DNA of 64,000 nucleotides. Origin: an uncultured Prolixibacteraceae bacterium. Its GTDB lineage: Bacteria; Bacteroidota; Bacteroidia; Bacteroidales; FEN-979. Every line of letters begins with the position of its first letter. The stretch's first letter is position 1. The DNA lies in the NCBI GenBank assembly GCA_964642545.1, contig CAZXQU010000002.1, forward strand, positions 27,321 through 91,320. The letters run 5' to 3'. Under the pieces are notes generated by a model, which made no database searches, had not been told where the DNA came from, and worked only from the letters and a program-made list of their open reading frames with translations. This document shows, one piece after another, positions 20,957 to 30,709 of the stretch. Made by a program: the position numbers and the translations under genes.

Positions 20957-21956
20957 TGTCATTCAGGAAAAATTTGCAGATCTCCCGGATTGACTGTTCC
21001 GGGGTGATGAAGTCCATGCCAATCCATTCCCGAATCTTCGCATTGGTATAGGTATATACCTGCGAAGTAGTCGTAGCCATTTCACGGGTGACTTCCGGTT
21101 TCGAACGTGTGATTAAGCTTCGTATGGCCTCAGCCCTCCAGGCTATCTGAGTCATGGATGGTGGCACATTAACAGTGGGAGCCGGCTTGTCCAGGTAGGT
21201 TGCCATCAGAGTAAACAGCTGCTGATAAGATAGATTGTCGGCCGAAACAATAAACCGTTCACCAAATGCATTTTTCTGCATCACCCCGATCATGGCCCGG
21301 GATACATCACGGGCATCCACATACCCGTTGACACCCCTGGTATAGTATTTCAATCCTTTATAGACCAATCGGAACAAACCTGAATTATCGTCCCAGAAAC
21401 CAGGCCCTAGTATGACAGAAGGGTTGACAATCACCGCATTCAACCCTTCTGCAACTCCTCTCCAAACTTCCTGCTCGGCACCGTATTTACTTTGTGAGTA
21501 GACCGAATTCTTTTTGGAAGGGACCCAAAAGGTATCCTCATTGCACACGCCGTCATTCTCGGCCCTTCCAAGTGTTGCTACTGAGCTTACATAGCAGAAT
21601 TTGGCCACATTTCTTTCAAGTGCAAGGTTCACAAGATTTGCTGTGCCTCCGATATTCACTTTCAGCATCTGTTTGTGATCCTTTGGAAAAAAGGAGACGA
21701 TTGCCCCCGAATGGTAAATCTCAGAAACATCATCCAAAGTCTTCTCCATTGCCCCATTATCAAGTAAATCAGCTTCTGCCCATTCTATTTTGGAAAAGAG
21801 TTCATCGGGATTATCCGAATAGTAAGAAAATACTTTTCTTACCATCTCTTTCTTGGTTGCATTCCGGAAAATTGCCCTGACCGGCTGATCCAGCTTCACA
21901 AGATCAAATAATAAGTGTGAACCAAGTAGGCCTGTTCCGCCTGTTACGAGAATCAT
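20916..21956 (-). CDS. NAD-dependent epimerase/dehydratase (extended SDR)
   Basis: MILVTGGTGLLG, YSQSK and VNPSVILG. Start moved to ATG 21956. Confidence 0.9.
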   Translation of the reverse strand: MILVTGGTGLLGSHLLFDLVKLDQPVRAIFRNATKKEMVRKVFSYYSDNPDELFSKIEWAEADLLDNGAMEKTLDDVSEIYHSGAIVSFFPKDHKQMLKVNIGGTANLVNLALERNVAKFCYVSSVATLGRAENDGVCNEDTFWVPSKKNSVYSQSKYGAEQEVWRGVAEGLNAVIVNPSVILGPGFWDDNSGLFRLVYKGLKYYTRGVNGYVDARDVSRAMIGVMQKNAFGERFIVSADNLSYQQLFTLMATYLDKPAPTVNVPPSMTQIAWRAEAIRSLITRSKPEVTREMATTTSQVYTYTNAKIREWIGMDFITPEQSIREICKFFLNDINREQGSGSGNNG

Positions 21957-22075
21957 AGGAGTTGAATTTCGGGCAAAAGTATTGAAAAATGCCGGTACCA
22001 TAGCAAGTAATGGCAGGTTCTGTTGTCTAATTTGGATATTATTCCCATTTTTGCACTTCATAAAAAACCAAAACC

Positions 22076-22663
22076 ATGATCAAGAAATTTTTACCTCTCC
22101 TTTTCATCGCCCTGATGTTTGCTTTTTCATGCAACCAGGTAACAAAAGAGACCGCAGAAGATGTTACCAATGACACCGTTATGCTTGCTGTTGCAACGTT
22201 CGATACTGCTGCTTCCTATTATGTCGACCAACCCGTGTGGATCGAAGGAACCGTTTACCACACCTGCAAGCATGGTGGAAAACGCATGTTTCTTGTTGAC
22301 GGAAACGACAGTGTAATGGTGGAAGTTACTACCGGCCCTGATATTGTGATGTTTGATGAAGCGTTGGTTGGGAGCCGTGTAAGTATTCTTGGGATCCTGA
22401 AAGAAGAACGGATTGATGAGAAATACCTCAACGAATGGGAAGCCGAAGTGAAGGCACCTGCGGAGAATCATGATGCGGGTCTTCATGAAGGTACCAAAGG
22501 TCACGAGGACCAGCCTGAAGAAGCCAAGCTTGAACAGATCAATGCGTTACGCGATCAGTTGAAAGATAGTGGTAGTGATCACTTGTCGTTCTTCTCTATC
22601 GAAGCCATTTCGTTTGAAGAGATCCCGGTAGTGGAAGAAGAAATTATTGTAGAAGAAGAATAG
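22076..22663 (+). CDS. Hypothetical lipoprotein, possibly OB-fold
   Basis: Lipobox AFSC; IEGTVYHTCKHGGKRMFL; acidic tail. Confidence 0.7.
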   Translation: MIKKFLPLLFIALMFAFSCNQVTKETAEDVTNDTVMLAVATFDTAASYYVDQPVWIEGTVYHTCKHGGKRMFLVDGNDSVMVEVTTGPDIVMFDEALVGSRVSILGILKEERIDEKYLNEWEAEVKAPAENHDAGLHEGTKGHEDQPEEAKLEQINALRDQLKDSGSDHLSFFSIEAISFEEIPVVEEEIIVEEE

Positions 22664-22682
22664 ATAAGCACAAGAAAAATCT

Positions 22683-22751
22683 TCACCACGAAGGCACTAA
22701 GACACAAAGGAAATCAATTGTGGCCTTCGTGCCTTTGTGTCTTTGTGGTGA
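22683..22751. repeat. Imperfect inverted repeat built from 8-bp CACnAAGn units (REP-like hairpin)
   Basis: Left arm CACCACGAAGGCACTAAGACACAAAGG; right arm reverse-complements to CACCACAAAGACACAAAGGCACGAAGG; 13-nt loop. Confidence 0.8.
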
Positions 22752-22765
22752 TCACATACTAACTC

Positions 22766-23332
22766 ATGAAGACAAAGACCCTGCGACGCTGGAACAACGC
22801 ACTGCACCGTGATATCGGGTACCTGGCTGTCGGCCTCACCATCATTTATGCACTCTCTGGGATAGTTATGAACCATTTCAAATCAGGCGACTTCCAGCAT
22901 CCTGATTATGGAAAGAGATACGAAGACCTCAAGGTGCAATTGCCTTCCAATGGTATTGCTGATAAAACATATGCACTTTCAATCCTGAAGCAGATTGACG
23001 TAGAAGATGAGTATAAGAGCCATGTTGGTGGGAAAGGCTATGTCCAGATCTTCTTCAACAATGGCTCCGTCTACATAGACCTGACTAACGGAGATGCTCA
23101 GGTGGAAAAGAAAACTCCCCGTTATATACTGAAAGAGTTTAACCTGCTGCACTACAACAATATCAAGAAATGGTTTACCTGGTTCTCTGATATTTATGCC
23201 GCGTCCCTGATCATTCTTGCCATCACAGGCCTTTTCATCCTACGGGGTAGAAATGGTATTTTGAAACGTGGCGCCTGGCTCACTGCCGCCGGTATCCTTA
23301 TTCCGGTGGTTATCATTCTGATTTACGCCTGA
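22766..23332 (+). CDS. PepSY-associated TM helix domain protein
   Basis: LHRDIGY...SGIVMNH; LLHYN...WFSD; three TM segments. Confidence 0.85.
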   Translation: MKTKTLRRWNNALHRDIGYLAVGLTIIYALSGIVMNHFKSGDFQHPDYGKRYEDLKVQLPSNGIADKTYALSILKQIDVEDEYKSHVGGKGYVQIFFNNGSVYIDLTNGDAQVEKKTPRYILKEFNLLHYNNIKKWFTWFSDIYAASLIILAITGLFILRGRNGILKRGAWLTAAGILIPVVIILIYA

Positions 23333-23352
23333 CGACTGGATGCCAGATATTG

Positions 23353-23372
23353 AGACGTGGCATGCCCTGTCT
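23353..23372. repeat. Short REP-like palindrome
   Basis: AGAC-GT-GGCATGCC-CT-GTCT. Confidence 0.45.
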
Positions 23373-23443
23373 TTGTGGGGTAAAAATTTTTACGATTTTT
23401 CTTGACTTCTGCAAAATAATGTACTATTATTGTAGAATAATTT

Positions 23444-23462
23444 TGATATCATTTTGATATCA
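23444..23462 (+). promoter_or_regulatory. Tandem palindromic TGATATCA boxes, putative ribbon-helix-helix operator
   Basis: TGATATCA at 23444 and 23455 (11-bp spacing), 14 bp upstream of the SPFH gene; the operon encodes an RHH protein. Confidence 0.65.
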
Positions 23463-23476
23463 CAAACTTTAAACAA

Positions 23477-24346
23477 ATGGAAAAAGAAAAACTTACCTCT
23501 CCCATTTCAGGGTATCTGGGAGTGATCAGCCTGGTGGTACTGATTACGCTGGCTGTATTTGATTTTGCGATTTACACAAATCAAATCTGGGCAATTGTTT
23601 TAGGGCTCATCTGTATTGCTGTGGCGATTTTTATCATCCCTGGATTTCTTGTGATCAATCCGAATGAATCGGCCGTTCTGGTTCTTTTCGGTGCCTACAA
23701 GGGAACGCTGAAAAGAAATGGCTTCTTCTGGTTGAATCCATTTTTTGTCAGGAAGAAGATCTCCCTCCGAGCCCGTAACCTCAACAGTGACCCTATCAAG
23801 GTGAACGACAAAATTGGTAATCCGATCATGATCGGGGTAGTACTTGTATGGCAGGTGAAAAACACCTATAAAGCAGCTTTCGAGGTGGATGATTACACCC
23901 ACTTCGTGGAAATTCAGAGTGAAGCTGCCATCCGGAAACTCGCTGGCCATTATCCCTATGACAATTTTGAAGATGACCATGCTGAGATCACCCTCCGTTC
24001 CGGTGGGGAAGACGTTAACCAGCAACTGGAGGAGGAACTTACCCAACGTCTGGCAATTGCTGGAATTTATGTAATTGAAGCCCGAATCAGTTACCTGGCT
24101 TATGCCTCGGAAATCGCTGGTGCCATGTTGCGCCGTCAGCAAGCAACTGCTATTGTTGCAGCCCGCCATAAGATCGTGGAAGGCGCTGTATTAATGGTTG
24201 AAATGGCTCTCGACCAACTCAGCAAGAAAAAAGTGGTTGAACTCGATGAAGATAAAAAGGCCGTTATGGTTAGCAACCTGATGGTAGTACTTTGTTCCGA
24301 TAAGGATGCTACACCCGTATTAAATACAGGAACCCTTCATCAATAA
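23477..24346 (+). CDS. SPFH/Band 7 domain membrane protein
   Basis: Two N-terminal TM helices; KVNDKIGNPI, YPYD and LAYASEIAGAMLRRQQA. Confidence 0.92.
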   Translation: MEKEKLTSPISGYLGVISLVVLITLAVFDFAIYTNQIWAIVLGLICIAVAIFIIPGFLVINPNESAVLVLFGAYKGTLKRNGFFWLNPFFVRKKISLRARNLNSDPIKVNDKIGNPIMIGVVLVWQVKNTYKAAFEVDDYTHFVEIQSEAAIRKLAGHYPYDNFEDDHAEITLRSGGEDVNQQLEEELTQRLAIAGIYVIEARISYLAYASEIAGAMLRRQQATAIVAARHKIVEGAVLMVEMALDQLSKKKVVELDEDKKAVMVSNLMVVLCSDKDATPVLNTGTLHQ

Positions 24347-24353
24347 AACCTTT

Positions 24354-24539
24354 ATGTCGAAGAAAAAAGTATTCATGCTTCGACTCGACCCGGAGGTCTA
24401 TGCCACCCTCGAAAAGTGGGCGGCAGACGAGTTCCGGAGTGTGAACGGCCAGGTGGAATGGATCCTCGACATAGCCTTAAAAGACCATGGCAGATCACCA
24501 AAAAAAAACCACAAACATGATATTCAGAAAAAGACATAA
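24354..24539 (+). CDS. Arc-like ribbon-helix-helix DNA-binding protein
   Basis: KVFMLRLDP...KWAADEFRSVNGQVEWIL. Confidence 0.85.
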   Translation: MSKKKVFMLRLDPEVYATLEKWAADEFRSVNGQVEWILDIALKDHGRSPKKNHKHDIQKKT

Positions 24540-25041
24540 TCTGGAACCCGACCGACCCATTCTTAAACTTGAAATGGGCCCTGCCGACTTGATACTGGAG
24601 ATTCTAGCAATTGTCAGCATACTCTGTTTTATCGGATTCACTCTTTATTACAGCTCCAGGCTCCCCGAAGCCGTCCCTACCCATTTCAATGCCAGTGGAG
24701 AACCGGATGATTATGGCAGCAAAGCCACCCTTTGGATGCTGCCGGTCGTCGCTATCGTTATTTACACGATCCTAACACTTATAGGAAGGATTCCTGAGAA
24801 ATTTAATTATCCGGTGAGCATAACCCCGGCCAATGCACGAAGAGAGTATACTCTTAGGACAAGGCTTCTTCGATACCTAAAGCTGGCACTTATTCTGATG
24901 TTCTTTTTAATCAGTTATAAAACAGTAATGGTTGCCCTGGGAAGTTCAGGAGGATTGGGCATTTGGTTCCTGCCGGTATTCATTGGCGTGATAGTAGGTC
25001 CCGTCATCATTTACTACATCCTGGCTTCCCAGAATAGATAA
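24517..25041 (+). CDS. DUF1648 (SdpI-like) membrane protein
   Basis: LPEAVPTHFNASGEPDDYGSK and FNYPV; four TM segments. Start moved to ATG 24517. Confidence 0.85.
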   Translation: MIFRKRHNLEPDRPILKLEMGPADLILEILAIVSILCFIGFTLYYSSRLPEAVPTHFNASGEPDDYGSKATLWMLPVVAIVIYTILTLIGRIPEKFNYPVSITPANARREYTLRTRLLRYLKLALILMFFLISYKTVMVALGSSGGLGIWFLPVFIGVIVGPVIIYYILASQNR

Positions 25042-25055
25042 ATGAATACTATATT

Positions 25056-25826
25056 ATGGATATCCACTACGTTCTGGACAACCTTGAGGATCTTATAGCA
25101 AAGGGAACAGTGAAAGGCCTTTTCAACCCTCCAGCTGATCCTGACATGATCAATCATGTAGAGAGAGCCTTCGATATCACACTCCCTGAATCATATAAAT
25201 CCTTCTTACAACGATTCAACGGTGGGTTGATTGCTGGCCCCAAACTCAACAAATTGGTTGCAGATGGTGATATTGAAACGGTCAAGTGGAACAGTTTTAA
25301 TTTCTTTAGTCTGTGGGAACTGATTAGCCACTATGAGGATTGCCGCGATAAGGACTGGAAGATTTATGATTTTAAAGGACCTTACCCATATATCCCATTT
25401 GCATCCACAGCCATCAATGAATTGATCGTCTTTGTGAATGTAGGATATGGTCAGCCTGAGTCTCCCATATTTGACGCCTTTCATGAAGAACCTGCGAATA
25501 GCTGGGGTGTACTAGCTTCCAATTTCACAGAATTTCTCGGACAATATATCGAAAATAAAGGAGAGCCTGAAACTATTGGAAAAACAGCTCCGGCAACAGC
25601 AGAAGAGCTGTGCTGGACACCAACTCTCATAGAACAAAAAGGTCTTGAAAAGCCTAAAGCCGTTATCAGACGGATGACCGCCTACATTGCTATTTATCCG
25701 AACGACTATTCCGCGTATCAGAACCGTAGCAGAGCTCTTCTTGAATCAGGCAGAATAGAAGAGGCAAGAGCAGACCTCAGTAAGGCAATTGAACTCAATC
25801 CCACTATTCGCGAACCATTGCCCTAG
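25056..25826 (+). CDS. SMI1/KNR4 (SUKH) family protein with C-terminal TPR
   Basis: PPA...VERAFDITLPESYKSFLQRFNGG, LASNFTEFL; TPR AYQNRS...ARADLSKAIELNP. Confidence 0.8.
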   Translation: MDIHYVLDNLEDLIAKGTVKGLFNPPADPDMINHVERAFDITLPESYKSFLQRFNGGLIAGPKLNKLVADGDIETVKWNSFNFFSLWELISHYEDCRDKDWKIYDFKGPYPYIPFASTAINELIVFVNVGYGQPESPIFDAFHEEPANSWGVLASNFTEFLGQYIENKGEPETIGKTAPATAEELCWTPTLIEQKGLEKPKAVIRRMTAYIAIYPNDYSAYQNRSRALLESGRIEEARADLSKAIELNPTIREPLP

Positions 25827-25863
25827 GAGATAATATATCCCATCTGAAAGCCATTATTTCCAA

Positions 25864-27492
25864 TCATTTGTTATAAAGGAATCGTTTAATCTTTTGGGTA
25901 GGGGTTTTCTGGAAAGGTTCAGACTGATTTTCAACAGATTGTACTTTGGAGAACTTGTTAACCCTGGAGTTGATATACTCTTTCAACTCGATCTTTAACT
26001 CGTCAGTCTTGTGTTCTACATAAGAAGTGACCTCCTGTTTCATGTGAAGGTATTTCTCTTCAATCTCAGCACTGTTGAAATGAACCAGTGCAACCAACTT
26101 CCCTTTTTGTTCAATCACCAGGGATTCTAAAACATGTTTGAAATTATTGATAACTGATTCGATCTCTTCCGGATAAATATTCTCTCCTCCCGAACCAAGG
26201 ATTGTATTTTTCATCCTCCCCTGGATAAAAAGGTATCCATCTTTGTCAAATATTCCCAAATCTCCTGTTTTCAACCAACCATCCGGAGTGATTATCTCTG
26301 CTGTCATCTCCGGTTCCTTGTAGTAACCGAGCATTACATTCGCTCCTTTAGCCCAGATTTCACCCTCCCCTGTCTTGGGGTCAGGGTCATGGATCTTTAG
26401 CGTAACCTCTTCCAAAGCAGGGCCGGTCGATTGAAGCCGTGTACCAGAGGGGCTACATCCGGCGAGTAAGGGTGAGGTTTCGGTGAGTCCATAACCGATC
26501 GCATAAGGGAACCGGGCTTCGATCAGAAATTTTTCAATGGTCGAACTCAGTTTTGCGCCGCCAATTCCATAGAACCGCAACTCCCCCCCAAAGGTCTCGA
26601 GCAACTTCTTTCCTGCTGCCCTGTTCAGGATTTTTCGAACCGGAGGGATGCTATACAATATTCGCACAATTCGCTTATCGGTAAATGCAGGCTTGATCCT
26701 ATTCCGGTAGATCTTTTCAATAATCATTGGAACCGTAAGCATAAAGGTTGGTTTCACCTCCTTTAAGGCTGGCAGGAGAATGGCAGGGGTTGGCAGTCCG
26801 CCAAGATAGTAAACACATGCGCCATTGATCATTGGAAGGATCAGGCCTATGGTATTCTCATACGAATGCGATAATGGCAATACGGAAAGAAAACGGTCGG
26901 TTTCATAGATGGGAATAATTTTGCTTCCCTTCAGCGCTGTGAAACAAATATTCTTGTGCGAGAGCATGACCCCTTTTGATTTCCCGGTTGTCCCTGAAGT
27001 ATAGATAATCGCCGCCAGATCATTCTCCCTGACATCGTAACTCTTCAAAAAAACCTTCCCGGCGCTGTCAGTTGACGAGGGATTGGTTACTCCATACTCG
27101 AGGAGATTTTCAAGCACGATTCGGTATGGAAGGATCTTGTCCAACGACGGGCTGAGTTTTGATTTCAGTCCGGATGAATAAAAAATTGCCCGGGACTCAG
27201 AATGGACGATAATATTTTCTACCTCCGATTCATGAAAATCAGGGAGAATGGGAACCGCCACAGCACCTATAAACGTTATAGCATAATAACAGATGGCCCA
27301 ATTGGGGGAACTAGAAGCCAAAATGGCAACCTTGTCACCATGGCTGATCCCGAGGGACTCTAGATGCCTGATTACTCTGGCTATCTGCTCCTCCAGTTCC
27401 TTGTAAGTAATTGGTGGCTTTCCGACAAGTGCTAGTGCCGGGCGCTGTCCGAAGTTCCGGACGGTTTCTGAAAACAACCCTGGAAGTGTCAT
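25864..27492 (-). CDS. Long-chain acyl-CoA synthetase (FadD-like)
   Basis: YTSGTTGKSKG, GYGLTETSP, WLKTGDLG and GENIYPEEIE. Confidence 0.9.
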   Translation of the reverse strand: MTLPGLFSETVRNFGQRPALALVGKPPITYKELEEQIARVIRHLESLGISHGDKVAILASSSPNWAICYYAITFIGAVAVPILPDFHESEVENIIVHSESRAIFYSSGLKSKLSPSLDKILPYRIVLENLLEYGVTNPSSTDSAGKVFLKSYDVRENDLAAIIYTSGTTGKSKGVMLSHKNICFTALKGSKIIPIYETDRFLSVLPLSHSYENTIGLILPMINGACVYYLGGLPTPAILLPALKEVKPTFMLTVPMIIEKIYRNRIKPAFTDKRIVRILYSIPPVRKILNRAAGKKLLETFGGELRFYGIGGAKLSSTIEKFLIEARFPYAIGYGLTETSPLLAGCSPSGTRLQSTGPALEEVTLKIHDPDPKTGEGEIWAKGANVMLGYYKEPEMTAEIITPDGWLKTGDLGIFDKDGYLFIQGRMKNTILGSGGENIYPEEIESVINNFKHVLESLVIEQKGKLVALVHFNSAEIEEKYLHMKQEVTSYVEHKTDELKIELKEYINSRVNKFSKVQSVENQSEPFQKTPTQKIKRFLYNK

Positions 27493-27564
27493 GGGATGAT
27501 GTTAGGAATGGGTTTGCAAAGATACGCAATAAAATAAGTATTTTTACACGTATTACCCCAAACT

Positions 27565-28254
27565 ATGAACCTTGCCAGCCAGATAGTCGATTACCTCTTT
27601 TCACTAAAGCTTGAACTCCGGTTGCCTAAAGGAATCAAAGTTATGAATCCCTATTTGGAACCTGCTATCAGGGAGATCGTAACTCAATTTTATCAAAAGT
27701 ACTATCGGGGAAACCAGCCTCGAAAAATAATCTTAGCAATCAATCCCGGCAGGTTGGGAGCCGGTGCGACAGGAATTCCTTTTACAGACACAAAACGGCT
27801 GAAGGATAGTTGCATGATAAAATCCACCATCCCGGAGACACATGAACCCTCTTCCGTATTTGTCTATGAAGTAATCAATGCCTTCGGAGGTCCCGAAAAA
27901 TTCTACAATGAGTTCTTTATTGGATCTGTCTCTCCTCTTGGCTTTCTGAAAAAGAATGAAAAAGGAAATTGGGTCAACTTTAATTACTATGATGAGGCAG
28001 GTTTTATGAAACTCGTCACCCCTTTTATTAATTCAGAGCTTCACCGCCTATTATCTATATCACTGAAACGAACAACATGTATTTGCTGGGGGACCGGAAA
28101 AAATTACACCTACCTGAAAAACCTGAACGCTGAACAAAACTTCTTCCAGCAGATCATCCCGCTTGAACATCCAAGGTATATCATGCAATACAAATCAAAA
28201 CAGAAGGAAAAGTATATCGAGAAATATTTAGCAACATTTAGATCGATCACATGA
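27565..28254 (+). CDS. DUF4918 / SMUG2-like uracil-DNA glycosylase superfamily protein
   Basis: INPGRLGAGATGIPFTD, HEPSS, NFNYYD and LEHPRYIMQY. Confidence 0.85.
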   Translation: MNLASQIVDYLFSLKLELRLPKGIKVMNPYLEPAIREIVTQFYQKYYRGNQPRKIILAINPGRLGAGATGIPFTDTKRLKDSCMIKSTIPETHEPSSVFVYEVINAFGGPEKFYNEFFIGSVSPLGFLKKNEKGNWVNFNYYDEAGFMKLVTPFINSELHRLLSISLKRTTCICWGTGKNYTYLKNLNAEQNFFQQIIPLEHPRYIMQYKSKQKEKYIEKYLATFRSIT

Positions 28255-30629
28255 AATCAACATCCCATACTCCTCTTGTTACATGGCCAAGCTATTTGGC
28301 TATTTGGCTCCGCCGAGCTGCGCTTCGCTCCGGTTGTCTATTTTTCCCTCTTATAACCTTCTCCCAAACCCCTGATTCCAATTCCCTCACCCGCTATGTC
28401 AACCCTTTTATCGGTACACAGGAGATGGGACATACTTTCCCAGGCGCTGTTGTTCCCTTCGGATTTGTCCAACTGAGCCCCGACACCGACACTATCCCTT
28501 TTTCCATTGACGGAAAATACAATCCGGATGTTTACCGCTATTGTGCCGGTTACCAATACGATGATCCAACCATCGTTGGTTTCAGCCACACCCATTTCAG
28601 TGGAACGGGCCACTCCGACCTGGGTGATATCCTCCTGATGCCAACAGTTGGCACCCTTCAACTCAATCCGGGGGAGTCAGATAATCCGGCATCCGGGTAC
28701 AGATCATCTTACAGAAAAGAGACTGAAAAGGCTTCTCCTGGCTATTACCGTGTTCACCTTGACGAACCTGATGTAGAAGCAGAACTGACAGCTACCATCC
28801 GTTGTGGGTTTCATCGCTACACTTTCCCCAAGAGTGACAGTGCGCATATTATCCTCGACCTGGATCATGGGATTTACAATTACGACGACAAAGTGCGGTG
28901 GGCCTACATCCGGGTAGTAAATGATTCCCTTGTAACAGGATACCGGATCACCAGCGGCTGGGGTCGAACCCGTTATATCTACTTCGCGATGGCTTTCTCG
29001 AAATCATTTAAAAGCTATGGCTTCCGTGATGAAGATCCCCTTAGTTACAAAGGCTTCTGGAGGAAATTCGACCAGCAGGAGAACTTTCCCGAGCTGGCAG
29101 GAAAAAAACTTAAAGCACATTTCGATTTTTCAACTTTTGCAAATGAACAAATTAAGGTTAAAGTTGGGTTGTCGGCGGTCTCTATGGAAGGAGCGATGAA
29201 AAATATGAAAAAAGAGCTTCCAGGATGGGATTTCGATATGGCGGTAACAGAGGCGAACGAAGCCTGGGAAGCGGAGTTGCAACGAATCAGAATTCAGGCT
29301 TCCGAGGATCGGAAGGTGATATTTTATACTTCTCTCTATCACGCTCTGATTCACCCCTCAATATACCAGGATGTTAACGGGGCATACAGGGGAATTGACA
29401 CCGATGTTCATCAGGCATATGGATTCACGAATTATACGGTCTTCTCCCTCTGGGACACCTACCGTGCCCTTCATCCTTTTCTCACGCTGATGTATCCTGC
29501 CCGCACCTCCGATATGGTCAACTCCATGCTGGCCCATTTTGATCAGAGCCCGGAAAAGATGTTGCCGGTGTGGTCTCATCACGGCAATGAAAACTGGTGC
29601 ATGATTGGTTACCATAGTGTTCCTGTAATTGCTGATGCTCTGGTGAAAGGAATCCGGGGCTTTGATGCTTCCAGAGCATTGAAAGCTTCAATCACAACAG
29701 CAACCAATAAGCATTATACAGGTGTTGCCGACTATATGGAACTTGGATTCGTTCCGGAAGACCGGGTCCAAAATTCGGCCTCTATCACACTGGAATATGC
29801 CTACGACGACTTCGCTTTGGCCCAACTTGCTGATGCCGTGTCGGAAAAGTCTTTGCTCACCGACATGGTAAAACTCTATGCAAGGGGAAAGGGGGAACTG
29901 TTCCTGAAACGATCCGAAAATTTCAGGAATCTTTTTGATACGACCACAGGTTTCGTCAGGCCCCGGAATGCCGATGGATCGTGGAAGGAGCCATTTGACC
30001 CGCTCAATACCCATGGCGAGGGCTTCATCGAAGGAAACTCCTGGAATTATTCCTTCTACGTCCCGCAGGATGTTCCCCGAATGATTCAGTTAATGGGAGG
30101 CGAAGAAAAATTCATCCGCCGGCTCGATTCCCTTTTTACCATGCATCTTGATGATGCACATTTTGCCGAAACCGAAGATGTGACGAGGGTTGGCCTGATT
30201 GGGAATTATGTTCATGGAAATGAGCCCAGTCACCATGTACCCTATCTCTATAACTGGACCTCCCAACCCTGGAAAACACAGGAGCGGGTAAAGCAAATCT
30301 GCCAAACGATGTATCGCAATGAACCCGACGGGCTCTGTGGCAACGACGACTGTGGGCAGATGAGCGCCTGGTATGTTTTCTCTGTACTCGGATTCTATCC
30401 GGTTTGCCCGGGTACCACGCAATACGCCATTGGGTGTCCCCAGGTAAGCGAAGCTGAAATCTCTTTTGGAAAAGGGAAAAAATTGACCATCAAGCTAAAT
30501 CGCCAAAAGGAGGAGGATCTCTACATCCAGTCTGTCTCATTGAATGGTGAAATCCTGACGGTGCCCTTTCTTGAACATGCCGACCTGATTAAGGGAGGTG
30601 AACTGATCTTCAATATGGGGTCAAAATAA
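28251..30629 (+). CDS. GH92 family alpha-mannosidase
   Basis: YVNPFIGT, GFSHTHFSGTG, SLWDTYR, EGNSW, HGNEPSHH and GNDDCGQMSAWY. Confidence 0.95.
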   Translation: MKSTSHTPLVTWPSYLAIWLRRAALRSGCLFFPLITFSQTPDSNSLTRYVNPFIGTQEMGHTFPGAVVPFGFVQLSPDTDTIPFSIDGKYNPDVYRYCAGYQYDDPTIVGFSHTHFSGTGHSDLGDILLMPTVGTLQLNPGESDNPASGYRSSYRKETEKASPGYYRVHLDEPDVEAELTATIRCGFHRYTFPKSDSAHIILDLDHGIYNYDDKVRWAYIRVVNDSLVTGYRITSGWGRTRYIYFAMAFSKSFKSYGFRDEDPLSYKGFWRKFDQQENFPELAGKKLKAHFDFSTFANEQIKVKVGLSAVSMEGAMKNMKKELPGWDFDMAVTEANEAWEAELQRIRIQASEDRKVIFYTSLYHALIHPSIYQDVNGAYRGIDTDVHQAYGFTNYTVFSLWDTYRALHPFLTLMYPARTSDMVNSMLAHFDQSPEKMLPVWSHHGNENWCMIGYHSVPVIADALVKGIRGFDASRALKASITTATNKHYTGVADYMELGFVPEDRVQNSASITLEYAYDDFALAQLADAVSEKSLLTDMVKLYARGKGELFLKRSENFRNLFDTTTGFVRPRNADGSWKEPFDPLNTHGEGFIEGNSWNYSFYVPQDVPRMIQLMGGEEKFIRRLDSLFTMHLDDAHFAETEDVTRVGLIGNYVHGNEPSHHVPYLYNWTSQPWKTQERVKQICQTMYRNEPDGLCGNDDCGQMSAWYVFSVLGFYPVCPGTTQYAIGCPQVSEAEISFGKGKKLTIKLNRQKEEDLYIQSVSLNGEILTVPFLEHADLIKGGELIFNMGSK

Positions 30630-30709
30630 ACCGTACCTTTGCAGAAATAACTAAACATTTCGATTATCTATCTCGAAAATCTGGCCAACAACCCTTTAAT
30701 TCACTGATT

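Noticed and set aside
23600-24169. 189-aa ORF on - strand
   Set aside because: Antisense shadow of the SPFH gene.
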